From Lysobacteraceae bacterium USHLN149 (GTDB lineage: Bacteria; Pseudomonadota; Gammaproteobacteria; Xanthomonadales; Xanthomonadaceae), in contig JBBCXB010000005.1 in assembly GCA_037145635.1 (NCBI GenBank), positions 278,319-302,318 of the forward strand: DNA of 24,000 bases. Reading direction: 5' to 3'. Shown here piece after piece: positions 1-8,966 of the stretch. Under the pieces are notes generated by a model. The model was not told the DNA's origin, made no database searches, and saw only the letters and a program-made list of their open reading frames with translations. A program made the translations under genes and the position numbers. Within the stretch, counting starts at the first letter, position 1, and each line of letters begins with the position of its first letter.

Positions 1-2005
1 ACTGGCGATGCAGACCGCCGCCGACCGGGTCGACAGCGACCTGCGCGACACCCAGGCCGCGCGCGGCCTGCCCGGCACCGCCGCGCTGCGCCGCCGCGTG
101 CTGGTGGCGATCGACGGCCGCGGCGGTTCGGAGTACCTGGTGCGGGTGGCGCGGCGGCTGTCCGAGCGCCGCGATGCGCCGTGGACGGTGGTCACGGTGC
201 AGACCCGCACCGTCGCCGACGCGCCGTGGCAGCTGGAGGTCGACCGCGCCTTCGCCCTGGCGCGCCGGCTCGGCGGGGAGACCGCGCTGCTGCACGGCGG
301 CACCGTCGCCGACGCGCTGCTGGACTTCGCCGCGCAGAACGGCGTGTCCACGCTGGTGCTCGGACGCACCCGCGAGCGGCCGCTGGCGCGCATGTTCAAC
401 CGCACGCTCACCCAGCAGCTGCTGCAGCGGGGCGCGCATTACGAGCTGGTCATCGTCAGCTCCGCGGATGCGCGCGCGCGGGCGCGCCGGCAGTGGCGCC
501 GGCCGGGGTCGTGGCTGCAGCGCCACGAACTGGCGTATGCGGCGCTCGCCGCCGCCGGCGCGGTGGCGGTGGCCTGGCTGCTGCAGCGCTGGACCGACAT
601 CGACGACCTGTCGATGGTGTTCATCGTCGCGGTGGTGCTGGTGGCCTCGCGCACGCGCATGCGCGCCGCGGTGCTGGCGGCGCTGCTGAGCTTCTTCGCC
701 TACAACTTCTTCTTCATCGAGCCGCGCTTCACCCTCAGCATCGGCGCGCGCCAGGGCGTGGTGACGGTGTGCCTGTTCCTGATCGCGGCGTTGGTGGCCG
801 GCCGCCTGGCCGCGCGCCTGCGCAGCCAGGTGCTGGCGCTGCGCGCGGCCAATGCGCACGCCAATGCGCTGCAGGCGCTGGGTCGCGAACTCGGCGCCGC
901 GGCCGACCTGGGCCAGGTGCTGGACGCCGGCAGGCGCGCGCTGGCCACCGCGCTGCAGGCCGAGGCGTGGCTGCGGCTGGAGCAGCGCGAGAGCGAGGGC
1001 GGCGCCGCGCTGTCGGCGCTCGACCGCAGCGCCGCCGACTGGGCACAGCGGCACGGCCAGCCCGCCGGCCGCTTCACCGACACCCTGGCCGGCGCGGAGC
1101 GGTGGTGCCTGCCGGTCCGCGACGCGCGCGGCGCGCTGGGCGTGGCCGCACTGCGTCTGGCCGGCGCCGCGCCGCGGCCCGGGCTGGAGCAGCGGCGGCT
1201 GGCCGAGGCCATGGTCGAGGACATCGGCCAGGCCGCACAGCGCACCCGCCTGGTCGCCGACCTCGAGAGCGCCCGGGTCAGTGGCGAGACCGAGCGCCTG
1301 CGTTCGGCCCTGCTGTCCTCGGTGTCGCACGACCTGCGCTCGCCGCTGGCGTCGATGATCGGCTCGGCCAGCAGCCTGGCCAGCTACGGCGAGGCGATGG
1401 ACGCGGACGACCGCCGCAGCCTGCTGGACACCATCCAGCTCGAGGGCGAGCGGCTGGACCGCTACATCCAGAACCTGCTCGACATGACCCGGCTCGGCCA
1501 CACCGGGCTGACCTTGAACCGCGACTGGATCGGCGTGGACGAGCTGGTCGGCTCGGCCACCCGGCGGCTGCAGCGCTACCAGCCGCAGGTGCAGCTGCAG
1601 CTGCGGCTCGCGCCCGAGCTGCCGCCGATCTGGGTGCATCCGGCGCTGGTGGAGCAGGCCCTGTTCAACGTGCTGGAGAACGCGGCCAAGTTCTCGCCGC
1701 CGGACGCGCCGGTCACGGTGGACGCCGCGCTGCACGAGGGCGCCCTGCGCATCGACATCGGCGATCGCGGCCCGGGCATTCCCGCCGACGAACGCGCCCG
1801 CATCTTCGACATGTTCTACAGCGTCGAACGCGGCGACCGCGGCCGCCACGGCACCGGCCTGGGGCTGGCCATCTGCCAGGGCATGATCGGCGCGCACGGC
1901 GGCAGCGTCGAGGCGCTGGCCGGCGCCGGTGGCCAGGGCACCACGCTGCGCATTACCCTGCCGCTGATCGTCCCCCCGACCCCGCCGCGCGCCCATGCCG
2001 ACTGA
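1..2005 (+). CDS. kdpD: Sensor histidine kinase KdpD; 5' end is off-window, so the N-terminal Kdp sensor domain is not in the window
   Basis: The reading frame of ORF 8..2005 is open to the window edge. It contains a USP-like segment (RRVLVAIDGRGGSEYLVRVARRL), a hydrophobic membrane block (~aa 175-265) and an H-box (LLSSVSHDLRSPLASMIG). It also has an N-box (FNVLENAAKFSP) and G-boxes (DRGPGIP, GTGLGLAICQG). It overlaps the downstream OmpR-type regulator by 11 nt. Confidence 0.9.
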   Translation, partial: LAMQTAADRVDSDLRDTQAARGLPGTAALRRRVLVAIDGRGGSEYLVRVARRLSERRDAPWTVVTVQTRTVADAPWQLEVDRAFALARRLGGETALLHGGTVADALLDFAAQNGVSTLVLGRTRERPLARMFNRTLTQQLLQRGAHYELVIVSSADARARARRQWRRPGSWLQRHELAYAALAAAGAVAVAWLLQRWTDIDDLSMVFIVAVVLVASRTRMRAAVLAALLSFFAYNFFFIEPRFTLSIGARQGVVTVCLFLIAALVAGRLAARLRSQVLALRAANAHANALQALGRELGAAADLGQVLDAGRRALATALQAEAWLRLEQRESEGGAALSALDRSAADWAQRHGQPAGRFTDTLAGAERWCLPVRDARGALGVAALRLAGAAPRPGLEQRRLAEAMVEDIGQAAQRTRLVADLESARVSGETERLRSALLSSVSHDLRSPLASMIGSASSLASYGEAMDADDRRSLLDTIQLEGERLDRYIQNLLDMTRLGHTGLTLNRDWIGVDELVGSATRRLQRYQPQVQLQLRLAPELPPIWVHPALVEQALFNVLENAAKFSPPDAPVTVDAALHEGALRIDIGDRGPGIPADERARIFDMFYSVERGDRGRHGTGLGLAICQGMIGAHGGSVEALAGAGGQGTTLRITLPLIVPPTPPRAHAD

Positions 2006-2711
2006 CGCCTCCGCCATTCCGCCGCCGCGCGTGCTGGTGATCGACGACGAACCGCAGATCCGCCGGTTCCTCGACATCAGCCTGCGCGCCCAGGGCTATC
2101 GCGTGCTGCAGGCCGGCACTGCCGAGGAGGGCCTGGCCACGCTCGCCGCGCAGGGGGCCGAACTGGTGGTGCTGGACATCGGCCTGCCCGATCGCGACGG
2201 CCACGAGGTGCTGAAGGAGCTCCGGCAGTGGTCGGCGGTGCCGGTGATCATGCTCACCGTGCGTGCCGGCGAACTGGAGAAGGTGGCCGCGCTCGACGCC
2301 GGTGCCAACGACTACGTGACCAAGCCGTTCGGCGTGCAGGAACTGATGGCGCGCATCCGCGCGCTGCTGCGCCAGGCCGGTGCCGGCGGCGCCGCCGAGG
2401 AGGCGGTGTTCGACGACGGCCGGCTGCACGTGCACCTGGGGCGGCGCGAGGTCGCGCTGGACGGCGAGGCGGTCGCGCTGAGCCGCAAGGAGTACGCGCT
2501 GCTGGCGCTGCTGCTGCGGCATGCCGGGCGGGTACTGACGCAACCGCAGCTGCTGCGCGAGCTGTGGGGGCCGACCCACGAGGACGACACCCACTACCTG
2601 CGCATCCTGGTCGGCAAGCTGCGCCAGAAGCTGCACGACGATGCCGCCGCGCCGCGCTACATCGTCACCGAACCGGGCGTGGGCCTGCGCTTCATTGGCG
2701 TGTCGCGCTGA
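1995..2711 (+). CDS. kdpE: OmpR-family response regulator KdpE
   Basis: 238 aa. Receiver motifs: RVLVIDDEPQIRRFL, LVVLDIGLPDRDG, DAGANDYVTKPF. C-terminal winged helix: RYIVTEPGVGLRF. Overlaps the kdpD stop, the classical kdpDE arrangement. Confidence 0.9.
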   Translation: MPTDASAIPPPRVLVIDDEPQIRRFLDISLRAQGYRVLQAGTAEEGLATLAAQGAELVVLDIGLPDRDGHEVLKELRQWSAVPVIMLTVRAGELEKVAALDAGANDYVTKPFGVQELMARIRALLRQAGAGGAAEEAVFDDGRLHVHLGRREVALDGEAVALSRKEYALLALLLRHAGRVLTQPQLLRELWGPTHEDDTHYLRILVGKLRQKLHDDAAAPRYIVTEPGVGLRFIGVSR

Positions 2712-2861
2712 GCGCACGCGAACCCGCGCCGCGCGCGGCGGCCAGGGCCAGGGCGGAATCGGACGCGAACCGTGCGCATGGCCTCGGCGCGGGGGCCGCC
2801 GCGCCCGTCGCGCCGCGAGCGTGTCCGACGCCGCCTCGCCACCGCGCCCGCCGCGTTGCGG

Positions 2862-2891
2862 GCATCCGGCACGCGTAGCCGTGCCCGATGC
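2862..2891 (+). terminator. Imperfect hairpin ~150 nt downstream of kdpE; possible terminator or structured element
   Basis: GCATCCGGCACG-cgtagc-CGTGCCCGATGC forms a 12-bp stem with one mismatch and a 6-nt loop. No U-tract follows, so intrinsic-terminator function is uncertain. Confidence 0.25.
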
Positions 2892-3220
2892 CGCATGTGG
2901 CTGCCGCAGGCCGTGCTGCATGAGCCGCGGTGCATGGCCGGCCCGCGACGACGGTGCGGCGCCTCTGTCACGCCACGCCGGCGGCCACGCGCAGGCCTCT
3001 GATCCGACGACGCCATCGCATGGGCGCCATCGGATGCGCGGCATTCGCACACCGGTTGCCGCGAGTTCAGTGCAGTGGCGGGGATCCAACGGGTCTGCGG
3101 CATGGAAACGGTTACGCCCTTGCGGCGACTGCGTCGTGTGTGCGCCCAAGCCCGCGCATCGGCGTCGCCACGCCGACGAAAGCCGACGCGCATCACAGCG
3201 AAACCGGGGTCTGGAGGATA

Positions 3221-3249
3221 TTGACTCGCCCGCGCACCGGGACTAGCGT
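3221..3249 (+). promoter_or_regulatory. Candidate sigma70-type promoter for the siderophore operon
   Basis: TTGACT (3221-3226), 17 nt, TAGCGT (3244-3249), in the only AT-enriched patch of the spacer. It would imply a ~250-nt leader before ATG 3506. By-eye match only. Confidence 0.25.
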
Positions 3250-3505
3250 GCGTGCTCGGGCAGGACGCCCGCCAGCTACGATCGCAAGGACGCGACGATG
3301 CCGCCGCTCGCGCACGCCCCACGTGCGCCCGCCGCCCGGGCATCGCGCCGCAGCCATGCCAGCACGCACCTGCCACGGACCCCGCGCCCATCGCGCGCGA
3401 GGGGCCGCTGGCCGCGGTGCCGCCCGCTTCCGACCCTTCCCCCACGTCGCCCGGCCATGCGCTCGCACGCCATGACCGAACGCCTCGATACGGATCCGTG
3501 CCCGC

Positions 3506-5077
3506 ATGAACCTGTCCCCGTCTTCCGCGTCCGCCGCGCCGCTGTCCCCGCTGGCGCACACCGCCCTGTTCGCCGCACCCGACGCACGCGACGGCCTCTT
3601 CAACGATCGCACCCTGCCCAGCTACCGCTCGCAGCTGCACGCGGGGCTGGAGCGCATCGTGCGCACCATCGCCGGCGTCGAGCGCCCGTTCAGCGGCATC
3701 GCGCCGGCGGAGCTGGCCGCGCGCTTCGGCGGCATCGACCTCGACCGCAGCCTGCCGGACCTGGGCCAGGCCCTGGACGAGGTCGATGCGCTGTACCTGC
3801 GCGATGCGGTGTACTTCCATCACCCGCGCTATGCCGCGCACCTGAACTGCCCGGTGCTCAACGTCGCGCTGCTCGCCGAGCTGATGCTGTCGGCGGTCAA
3901 CACCTCGATGGACACCTGGGACCAGAGCGGCGGTGCCACCTTCATCGAGCAGAAGCTGGTGGACTGGACCGCGTCGCGGATCGGCCTGGGCCGCGACGCC
4001 GACGGCGTGTTCACCAGCGGCGGCACCCAGTCCAACCTGATGGCGATGCTGCTGGCGCGCGACAGCGCCTGTGCCGCGCGCGGCGCCGCCGAAGTGCGCC
4101 ACCGCGGCCTGCCCGACGACTTCCGGCGCCTGCGCATCTTCGCCTCGCGCGCAGGCCATTTCAGCGTGCAGAAGGCCGCCGCCGTACTCGGCCTCGGCCA
4201 CGACGCGGTGGTGCCGGTGGCCTGCGACGCGCAGCACCGGATGGACCCGGAGGCGCTGGCGCAGGCGCTGGACGCGGCCGTGGCCGCCGGCGACTGGCCG
4301 ATGGCGGTGGTGGCCACCGCCGGCACCACCGACTTCGGCAGCATCGACCCGTTGCCGCGGATCGCGCAGCTGTGCCGCGACCGCGCGCTGTGGCTGCATG
4401 TCGACGCCGCCTACGGATGCGGCCTGCTGGTGTCGCGCCGGCACCGCCACCTGCTCGACGGCATCGAACACGCCGACTCGGTGACCGTGGACTACCACAA
4501 GTCGTTCTTCCAGCCGGTCAGCTGCAGTGCGCTGCTGGTGCGCGAGCGCCGCCGGCTGTCCGCGCTGACCTACCACGCCGACTACCTCAACCCGTTCGCC
4601 AGCGTGGCCGAGGGCATTCCCAACCTGGTCGACAAGAGCCTGCAGACCACCCGCCGCTTCGACGCGCTGAAGCTGTGGATGAGCCTGCGCGTGGTCGGCG
4701 CCGACGCGATCGGCGAGCTGTTCGACCGGCTGCTGGGGCTGGCCCGCGACGGCCATGCGGCGCTGGCGCGGCAGCCGTGCTTCGAACTGGCGCACGTGCC
4801 GCAGCTGAGCACGCTGGTGTTCCGGTTCCGGCCGCCGCAGGTTGCGGACAACGCGGCGCTGGACACGCTCAACCGGCAGATCCGGCAGCGCCTGGCGCGT
4901 CGTGGCGAGGCGATGATCGCCGGCACTCGCGTCGGCGGGCGCCAGTACCTGAAGTTCACCCTGCTCAACCCGCAACTGGAAAGCGCGGACGTGCAGGCGC
5001 TGGTCGCGCTGGTGCGGCAGCAGGGCGAGCAGCTGCTGGCCGAAGGCGCGGCCGGCGCCGGCGGGGCGCGCGCATGA
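3506..5077 (+). CDS. PLP-dependent group II amino-acid decarboxylase (2,4-diaminobutyrate/lysine/ornithine decarboxylase type); diamine-forming step of NIS siderophore biosynthesis
   Basis: 523 aa. Motifs: HPRYAAHLNCP, SGGTQSNLMAMLLARD and the PLP-lysine motif SVTVDYHKSFFQP. An in-frame stop at 3473-3475 limits the 5' extension. The stop overlaps the next start (ATGA at 5074-5077). Confidence 0.85.
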   Translation: MNLSPSSASAAPLSPLAHTALFAAPDARDGLFNDRTLPSYRSQLHAGLERIVRTIAGVERPFSGIAPAELAARFGGIDLDRSLPDLGQALDEVDALYLRDAVYFHHPRYAAHLNCPVLNVALLAELMLSAVNTSMDTWDQSGGATFIEQKLVDWTASRIGLGRDADGVFTSGGTQSNLMAMLLARDSACAARGAAEVRHRGLPDDFRRLRIFASRAGHFSVQKAAAVLGLGHDAVVPVACDAQHRMDPEALAQALDAAVAAGDWPMAVVATAGTTDFGSIDPLPRIAQLCRDRALWLHVDAAYGCGLLVSRRHRHLLDGIEHADSVTVDYHKSFFQPVSCSALLVRERRRLSALTYHADYLNPFASVAEGIPNLVDKSLQTTRRFDALKLWMSLRVVGADAIGELFDRLLGLARDGHAALARQPCFELAHVPQLSTLVFRFRPPQVADNAALDTLNRQIRQRLARRGEAMIAGTRVGGRQYLKFTLLNPQLESADVQALVALVRQQGEQLLAEGAAGAGGARA

Positions 5078-6420
5078 GCCACATCCACGACCTCGTCGGC
5101 ATCGGCCTGGGCCCGTTCAACCTCGGCCTGGCCTGCCTGGCCGCGCCGATCGACGGACTCGACGCGGTGTTCCTGGACGCCGGCGACGGCTTCGACTGGC
5201 ACCCGGGCATGCTGCTGGAGGACGCCTCGCTGCAGACGCCGTTCCTGGCGGACCTGGTCACCCTGGCCGATCCCACCAGCCCCTTCAGCTTCCTCAACTA
5301 CCTCAAGACCCAGGGCCGCATCTACGCGTTCTACATCCGCGAGGATTTCTTCCTGCTGCGGCGCGAGTACAACCAGTACTGCCAGTGGGCCGCGGCGCAG
5401 CTGCCATCGGTGCGCTTCGGCCACACCGTGGAGCGCGTGGAGTACGACGCCACCCGCGACTGCTACCGGATCCAGGGCCGCCACGCGCACGGCGACGGCC
5501 GTTTCGAGTACGCCGCGCGCCACCTGGTGCTGGGCACCGGCACCCGGCCGTGGGTGCCGGCCTGCTGCCGGCCGCTGGGGCAGGGCGTCAGCCACTCGTC
5601 CAGCTACCTGCAGGACAAGCCGCAGCTGCAGGCCGCCCGGTCGATCACCCTGGTCGGCAGCGGCCAGAGCGCGGCGGAGATCTACCGCGACCTGCTGCAG
5701 GACATCGACCGCCACGACTACACGCTGCACTGGGTGACGCGCTCGCCGCGCTTCTTCCCGCTGGAGTACACCAAGCTCACCCTGGAGATGACCTCGCCCG
5801 AGTACATCGACTACTTCCACGCACTGCCGGCGGCCACCCGCGACGCGTTGATCGCCCGCCAGGGCTCGCTGTACAAGGGCATCGACAGTGCGGTGATCAA
5901 CGAGATCCACGAGCTGCTCTACCGCAAGCGCCTGGGCGGCGCGCTGCCCACCGAGCTGTGGACCAACACCGAGCTGCGCGGCTGCGCACACGCCGCCGAC
6001 GGCGGCCTGCTGCTGGAGTTCCACCAGCACGAGCAGCAGCGCAGCCATCGCCTGCGCAGCGAGCGGCTGGTGCTGGCCACCGGCTACGCCCCGCACGAGC
6101 CGACGTTCCTGGCGCCGCTGGCGGCGCACATCCGGCGCGATGCGCGCGGCCGCTATGCGGTAGACCGCCACTACAGCATCGACCCGGCCGGCGGGCGGCT
6201 CTTCGTGCAGAACGCCGAGCTGCACACCCACGGGCTGGCGTCGCCGGATCTGGGCATGGGCTGCTACCGCAACGCCTGCATCCTCGCGGCGGTGCTGGGG
6301 CACGCGCCGTATCCGATCGAGCGCCGGATCGCGTTCCAGCGCTTCGGCGCGCCGCCGGAAGCGGCGCCGGCCGCGCCGGCCCCGCTCGCGCCGGCGAGCG
6401 CCGCGGCGGTGCTGCCATGA
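5074..6420 (+). CDS. FAD/NADPH-dependent diamine (lysine/ornithine-type) N-hydroxylase, IucD/AlcA/PubA/DesB family
   Basis: 448 aa, starting at an internal ATG of track ORF 3298..6420 (same frame). FAD motif DLVGIGLGPFNLGLA, NADPH motif ITLVGSGQSAAEI, and LVLATGY. ATGA overlaps with both neighbours (5074-5077 and 6417-6420). Confidence 0.88.
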   Translation: MSHIHDLVGIGLGPFNLGLACLAAPIDGLDAVFLDAGDGFDWHPGMLLEDASLQTPFLADLVTLADPTSPFSFLNYLKTQGRIYAFYIREDFFLLRREYNQYCQWAAAQLPSVRFGHTVERVEYDATRDCYRIQGRHAHGDGRFEYAARHLVLGTGTRPWVPACCRPLGQGVSHSSSYLQDKPQLQAARSITLVGSGQSAAEIYRDLLQDIDRHDYTLHWVTRSPRFFPLEYTKLTLEMTSPEYIDYFHALPAATRDALIARQGSLYKGIDSAVINEIHELLYRKRLGGALPTELWTNTELRGCAHAADGGLLLEFHQHEQQRSHRLRSERLVLATGYAPHEPTFLAPLAAHIRRDARGRYAVDRHYSIDPAGGRLFVQNAELHTHGLASPDLGMGCYRNACILAAVLGHAPYPIERRIAFQRFGAPPEAAPAAPAPLAPASAAAVLP

Positions 6421-8843
6421 GCGCGCTGCCCCTGCCCGCCGCGGCGGCGATGGCGGTGCCGCGCGCGCCGTTCCGCAGCGGCGCATTCACGCTGGCGCCG
6501 CTGCGGCTGCCCGACGACGTCCCGGTGCTGCACGACTGGGTCACCCGCGACTACGCGCGCTTCTGGGGCATGCAGCAGGCCGGCGTGCAGGACGTCGAAG
6601 CCTTCTACGCCCGGCTGCAGGCCTCCGGCACCGCGCAGGCGTACCTGGCGCGCGACGCCGAGGGCCGGCCGGCGTTCCTGATCGAGTGCTACGACCCCGC
6701 GCACGATGAGGTCGGTGCGCACTACCCGGTGCGGCCCGGCGATTGCGGCATGCACCTGCTGCTGGCGCCGTACGAGCGCCCGCTGCCCGGCTTCGGCCTG
6801 CAGGCGATGCGTGCGGTGCTGGCGTTCCTGTTCGCCGATCCGCAGACGCGCCGCATCGTGGTCGAGCCGGACCTGCGCAACGAACGCATCCACCGCCTCA
6901 ACGCGCGCGTCGGCTTCCGCCCGCAGCGCGTCATCCAGCTCGGCAGCAAGCAGGCCCAACTGGCCTTCTGCACCCGCGCCGATCACCTTGCCACCCTGGG
7001 AGACCCCATGTCCGCCGTCCTGTCGCGTCCCGATCCCGAAGCCGTCGTCGACCACCTGCAGCCGCAGGCCTGGGCGCGCGCCAACCGCCTGCTGCTGTGC
7101 AAGGCCCTCGCCGAGTTCGCGCACGAGCGGTTGCTGGCGCCGGAGCCCCTGGAGCGCGACGGCGCCTGGCAGCACTACCGTCTGGCGATCGACGCGGGCC
7201 TGGAGTACCGCTTCCGGGCGCGGCGCTATGCGCTGGAGCACTGGCAGCTGGATCCCGAGTCGCTGACCTGCCGCGAGGACGGCGCGCCCGCGGCGCCGGA
7301 CGCGGCCACGTTCGTCGCCCGTGCCGCGCCGCAGCTGGGGATCGCCGCGGAGATGCTGCCGACCTACCTGGAGGAGATCGCCAGCACGCTGTCCGGCAGC
7401 GCGTTCAAGCAGGCGCGCAACGCCCCCGACGCGGCCGCGCTGGTGCATGCCGAGTTCCAGCGCATCGAGTCCACGATGAGCGAGGGCCACCCGGTGTTCG
7501 TCGCCAACAACGGCCGCGTGGGCTTCGGCGCCGACGACTACCGTGCCTACGCGCCCGAGGCCGGCGCACCGATCCGGCTGGTGTGGCTGGCGGTCAGCCG
7601 CCAGTGCGCGACGTTCTCGGCGATCGACGGGCTGGACGCCGCCGCGCTGCTGGCGCAGGAACTCGGCGCGCAGTACCCGCGGCTGCTCGAGCACCTGCGC
7701 GAACGCGGCCTGGACCCCGACGACTACCTGCTGATGCCGGTGCATCCGTGGCAATGGTTCGACAAGCTCTGCCACGTGTTCGCCGGCGAGATCGCCGCGC
7801 GCCGCATCGTCTGCCTCGGCCAGGGCCAGGACGCCTACCAGGCGCAGCAGTCGATCCGCACCTTCTTCAACCTCGACCACCCGCACCGGCACTACGTCAA
7901 GACCGCGCTGTCGGTGCTCAACATGGGCTTCATGCGCGGGCTGTCGCCGTACTACATGCGCGACACCCCGGCGATCAACCAGTGGCTGTGGACGCGGGTG
8001 CGCGGCGACGGCTTCCTGCGCGACTGCGGCTTCGACATCCTGCGCGAGGTCGCCGCGGTCGGCTACCGGCATCCGCTGTTCGAGACCGCGCTGCCGCCGG
8101 CCAGCCCCTACCGCAAGATGCTGGCCGCGCTGTGGCGCGAGAACGCGCTGACGCGGCTGCAGCCGGGCCAGCGGCCGATGACGATGGCCGCGCTGCTGCA
8201 TCGCGACGACGCCGGGCGCGGGCTGGCGCCGGCGCTGATCGCCGCCTCCGGCGTCGGTTGCGAGCGCTGGGTGCGCGCCTACCTGCGCGCCTACCTGGCG
8301 CCGCTGCTGCACTGCTTCTACGCCTACGACCTGGTGTTCATGCCGCACGGCGAGAACCTGATCCTGGTGATGCAGGACCACGTGCCGGTACGGGTGCTGA
8401 TGAAGGACATCGCCGAGGAGATCGCGGTGATGGACCCGGACGCGGACCTGCCCGAGGCGGTGCGGCGCATCGCCGTGGCGGTGCCGCAGGAGATCAAGCT
8501 GCTGTCGCTGTTCACCGACGTGTTCGACTGCTTCTTCCGCTTCCTCGCCGCGCTGCTGGACGAGCAGGCGGACTGCCCGCAGGCGCGCTTCTGGGAGTGG
8601 GTGGCCGAGTGCGTGCACGCCTACCAGGACGCGCACCCGCAGTACGCGCAGCGCTTCGCCGAGCACGACCTGTTCGCGGCCATGTTCCCGCTGTCGTGCC
8701 TCAACCGGCTGCAGCTGCGCAACAACCGGCAGATGGTGGACCTGGCCGATCCGGCCGGCAGCCTGTGCCTGGTGGGCACGCTCGACAACCCGCTGGCCGT
8801 GCACGCGCGCGTCCGGACCGAACCGGCCCGGGCGGCCGGCTGA
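6417..8843 (+). CDS. Fused N-hydroxydiamine acyltransferase (AlcB/IucB/DesC-like) :: IucA/IucC-family NIS siderophore synthetase with FhuF-like C-terminus (BibC-like bifunctional enzyme)
   Basis: 808 aa in the frame of track ORF 5385..8843, starting at ATG 6417. N-terminal ~195 aa carry LHDWVTRDYARFWGM and RIVVEPDLRNERIHRLNARVGF (siderophore acyltransferase). From about MSAVLSRPDPEAV (ATG 7008) the sequence looks like IucA/IucC: LLCKALAEFAHERLL, LMPVHPWQW, QSIRTFFN, HGENLILV. There is no stop codon between the two halves. Confidence 0.85.
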   Translation: MSALPLPAAAAMAVPRAPFRSGAFTLAPLRLPDDVPVLHDWVTRDYARFWGMQQAGVQDVEAFYARLQASGTAQAYLARDAEGRPAFLIECYDPAHDEVGAHYPVRPGDCGMHLLLAPYERPLPGFGLQAMRAVLAFLFADPQTRRIVVEPDLRNERIHRLNARVGFRPQRVIQLGSKQAQLAFCTRADHLATLGDPMSAVLSRPDPEAVVDHLQPQAWARANRLLLCKALAEFAHERLLAPEPLERDGAWQHYRLAIDAGLEYRFRARRYALEHWQLDPESLTCREDGAPAAPDAATFVARAAPQLGIAAEMLPTYLEEIASTLSGSAFKQARNAPDAAALVHAEFQRIESTMSEGHPVFVANNGRVGFGADDYRAYAPEAGAPIRLVWLAVSRQCATFSAIDGLDAAALLAQELGAQYPRLLEHLRERGLDPDDYLLMPVHPWQWFDKLCHVFAGEIAARRIVCLGQGQDAYQAQQSIRTFFNLDHPHRHYVKTALSVLNMGFMRGLSPYYMRDTPAINQWLWTRVRGDGFLRDCGFDILREVAAVGYRHPLFETALPPASPYRKMLAALWRENALTRLQPGQRPMTMAALLHRDDAGRGLAPALIAASGVGCERWVRAYLRAYLAPLLHCFYAYDLVFMPHGENLILVMQDHVPVRVLMKDIAEEIAVMDPDADLPEAVRRIAVAVPQEIKLLSLFTDVFDCFFRFLAALLDEQADCPQARFWEWVAECVHAYQDAHPQYAQRFAEHDLFAAMFPLSCLNRLQLRNNRQMVDLADPAGSLCLVGTLDNPLAVHARVRTEPARAAG

Positions 8844-8862
8844 GCCCCGCGGCGAGGCGCAT

Positions 8863-8890
8863 GCCCGCCCCGGCGATCGGCGGGGCGGGC
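8863..8890. terminator. GC-rich hairpin between convergent genes; candidate bidirectional terminator
   Basis: GCCCGCCCCG-gcgatcgg-CGGGGCGGGC forms a perfect 10-bp stem. It lies between the synthetase stop (8843) and the SIP stop (8967). No U-tract. Confidence 0.4.
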
Positions 8891-8966
8891 GGCGTGGCTG
8901 CGCGGGCGCGCCGCCCTGGCCGGTAGGCGCCGGTCCGGCAAGGACGCGGGCCGGCGCCGCCGCGGC

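Noticed and set aside
3180-3260. Fur box upstream of the siderophore operon (GGATATTGACTCG patch), and similarly at 9879-10000 upstream of the SIP gene
   Set aside because: The matches to GATAATGATAATCATTATC are poor, limited to a few scattered positions. I report the absence rather than a site. A clade-specific PWM scan would be needed.
2930-3475. 181-aa ORF, and the neighbours 2641..3246 and 3252..3509, in the kdpE-to-siderophore spacer
   Set aside because: The translations are dominated by R, A, P, H and C, with no hydrophobic core pattern and no motifs. Overlapping alternative frames are equally open. They are not supportable as genes.
2657-8804. Very long minus-strand ORFs (2657..4975, 4582..6486, 6264..8804) and out-of-frame plus-strand ORFs (3298..5073 part, 5385..6416 part, 6743..8926) overlapping the siderophore genes
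   Set aside because: They are antisense to or out of frame with ORFs that carry clear family motifs. Their translations are Arg/Ala/Gly/Pro/His-rich with no domain-like patterns. This is the expected result of stop-codon scarcity in very GC-rich DNA.
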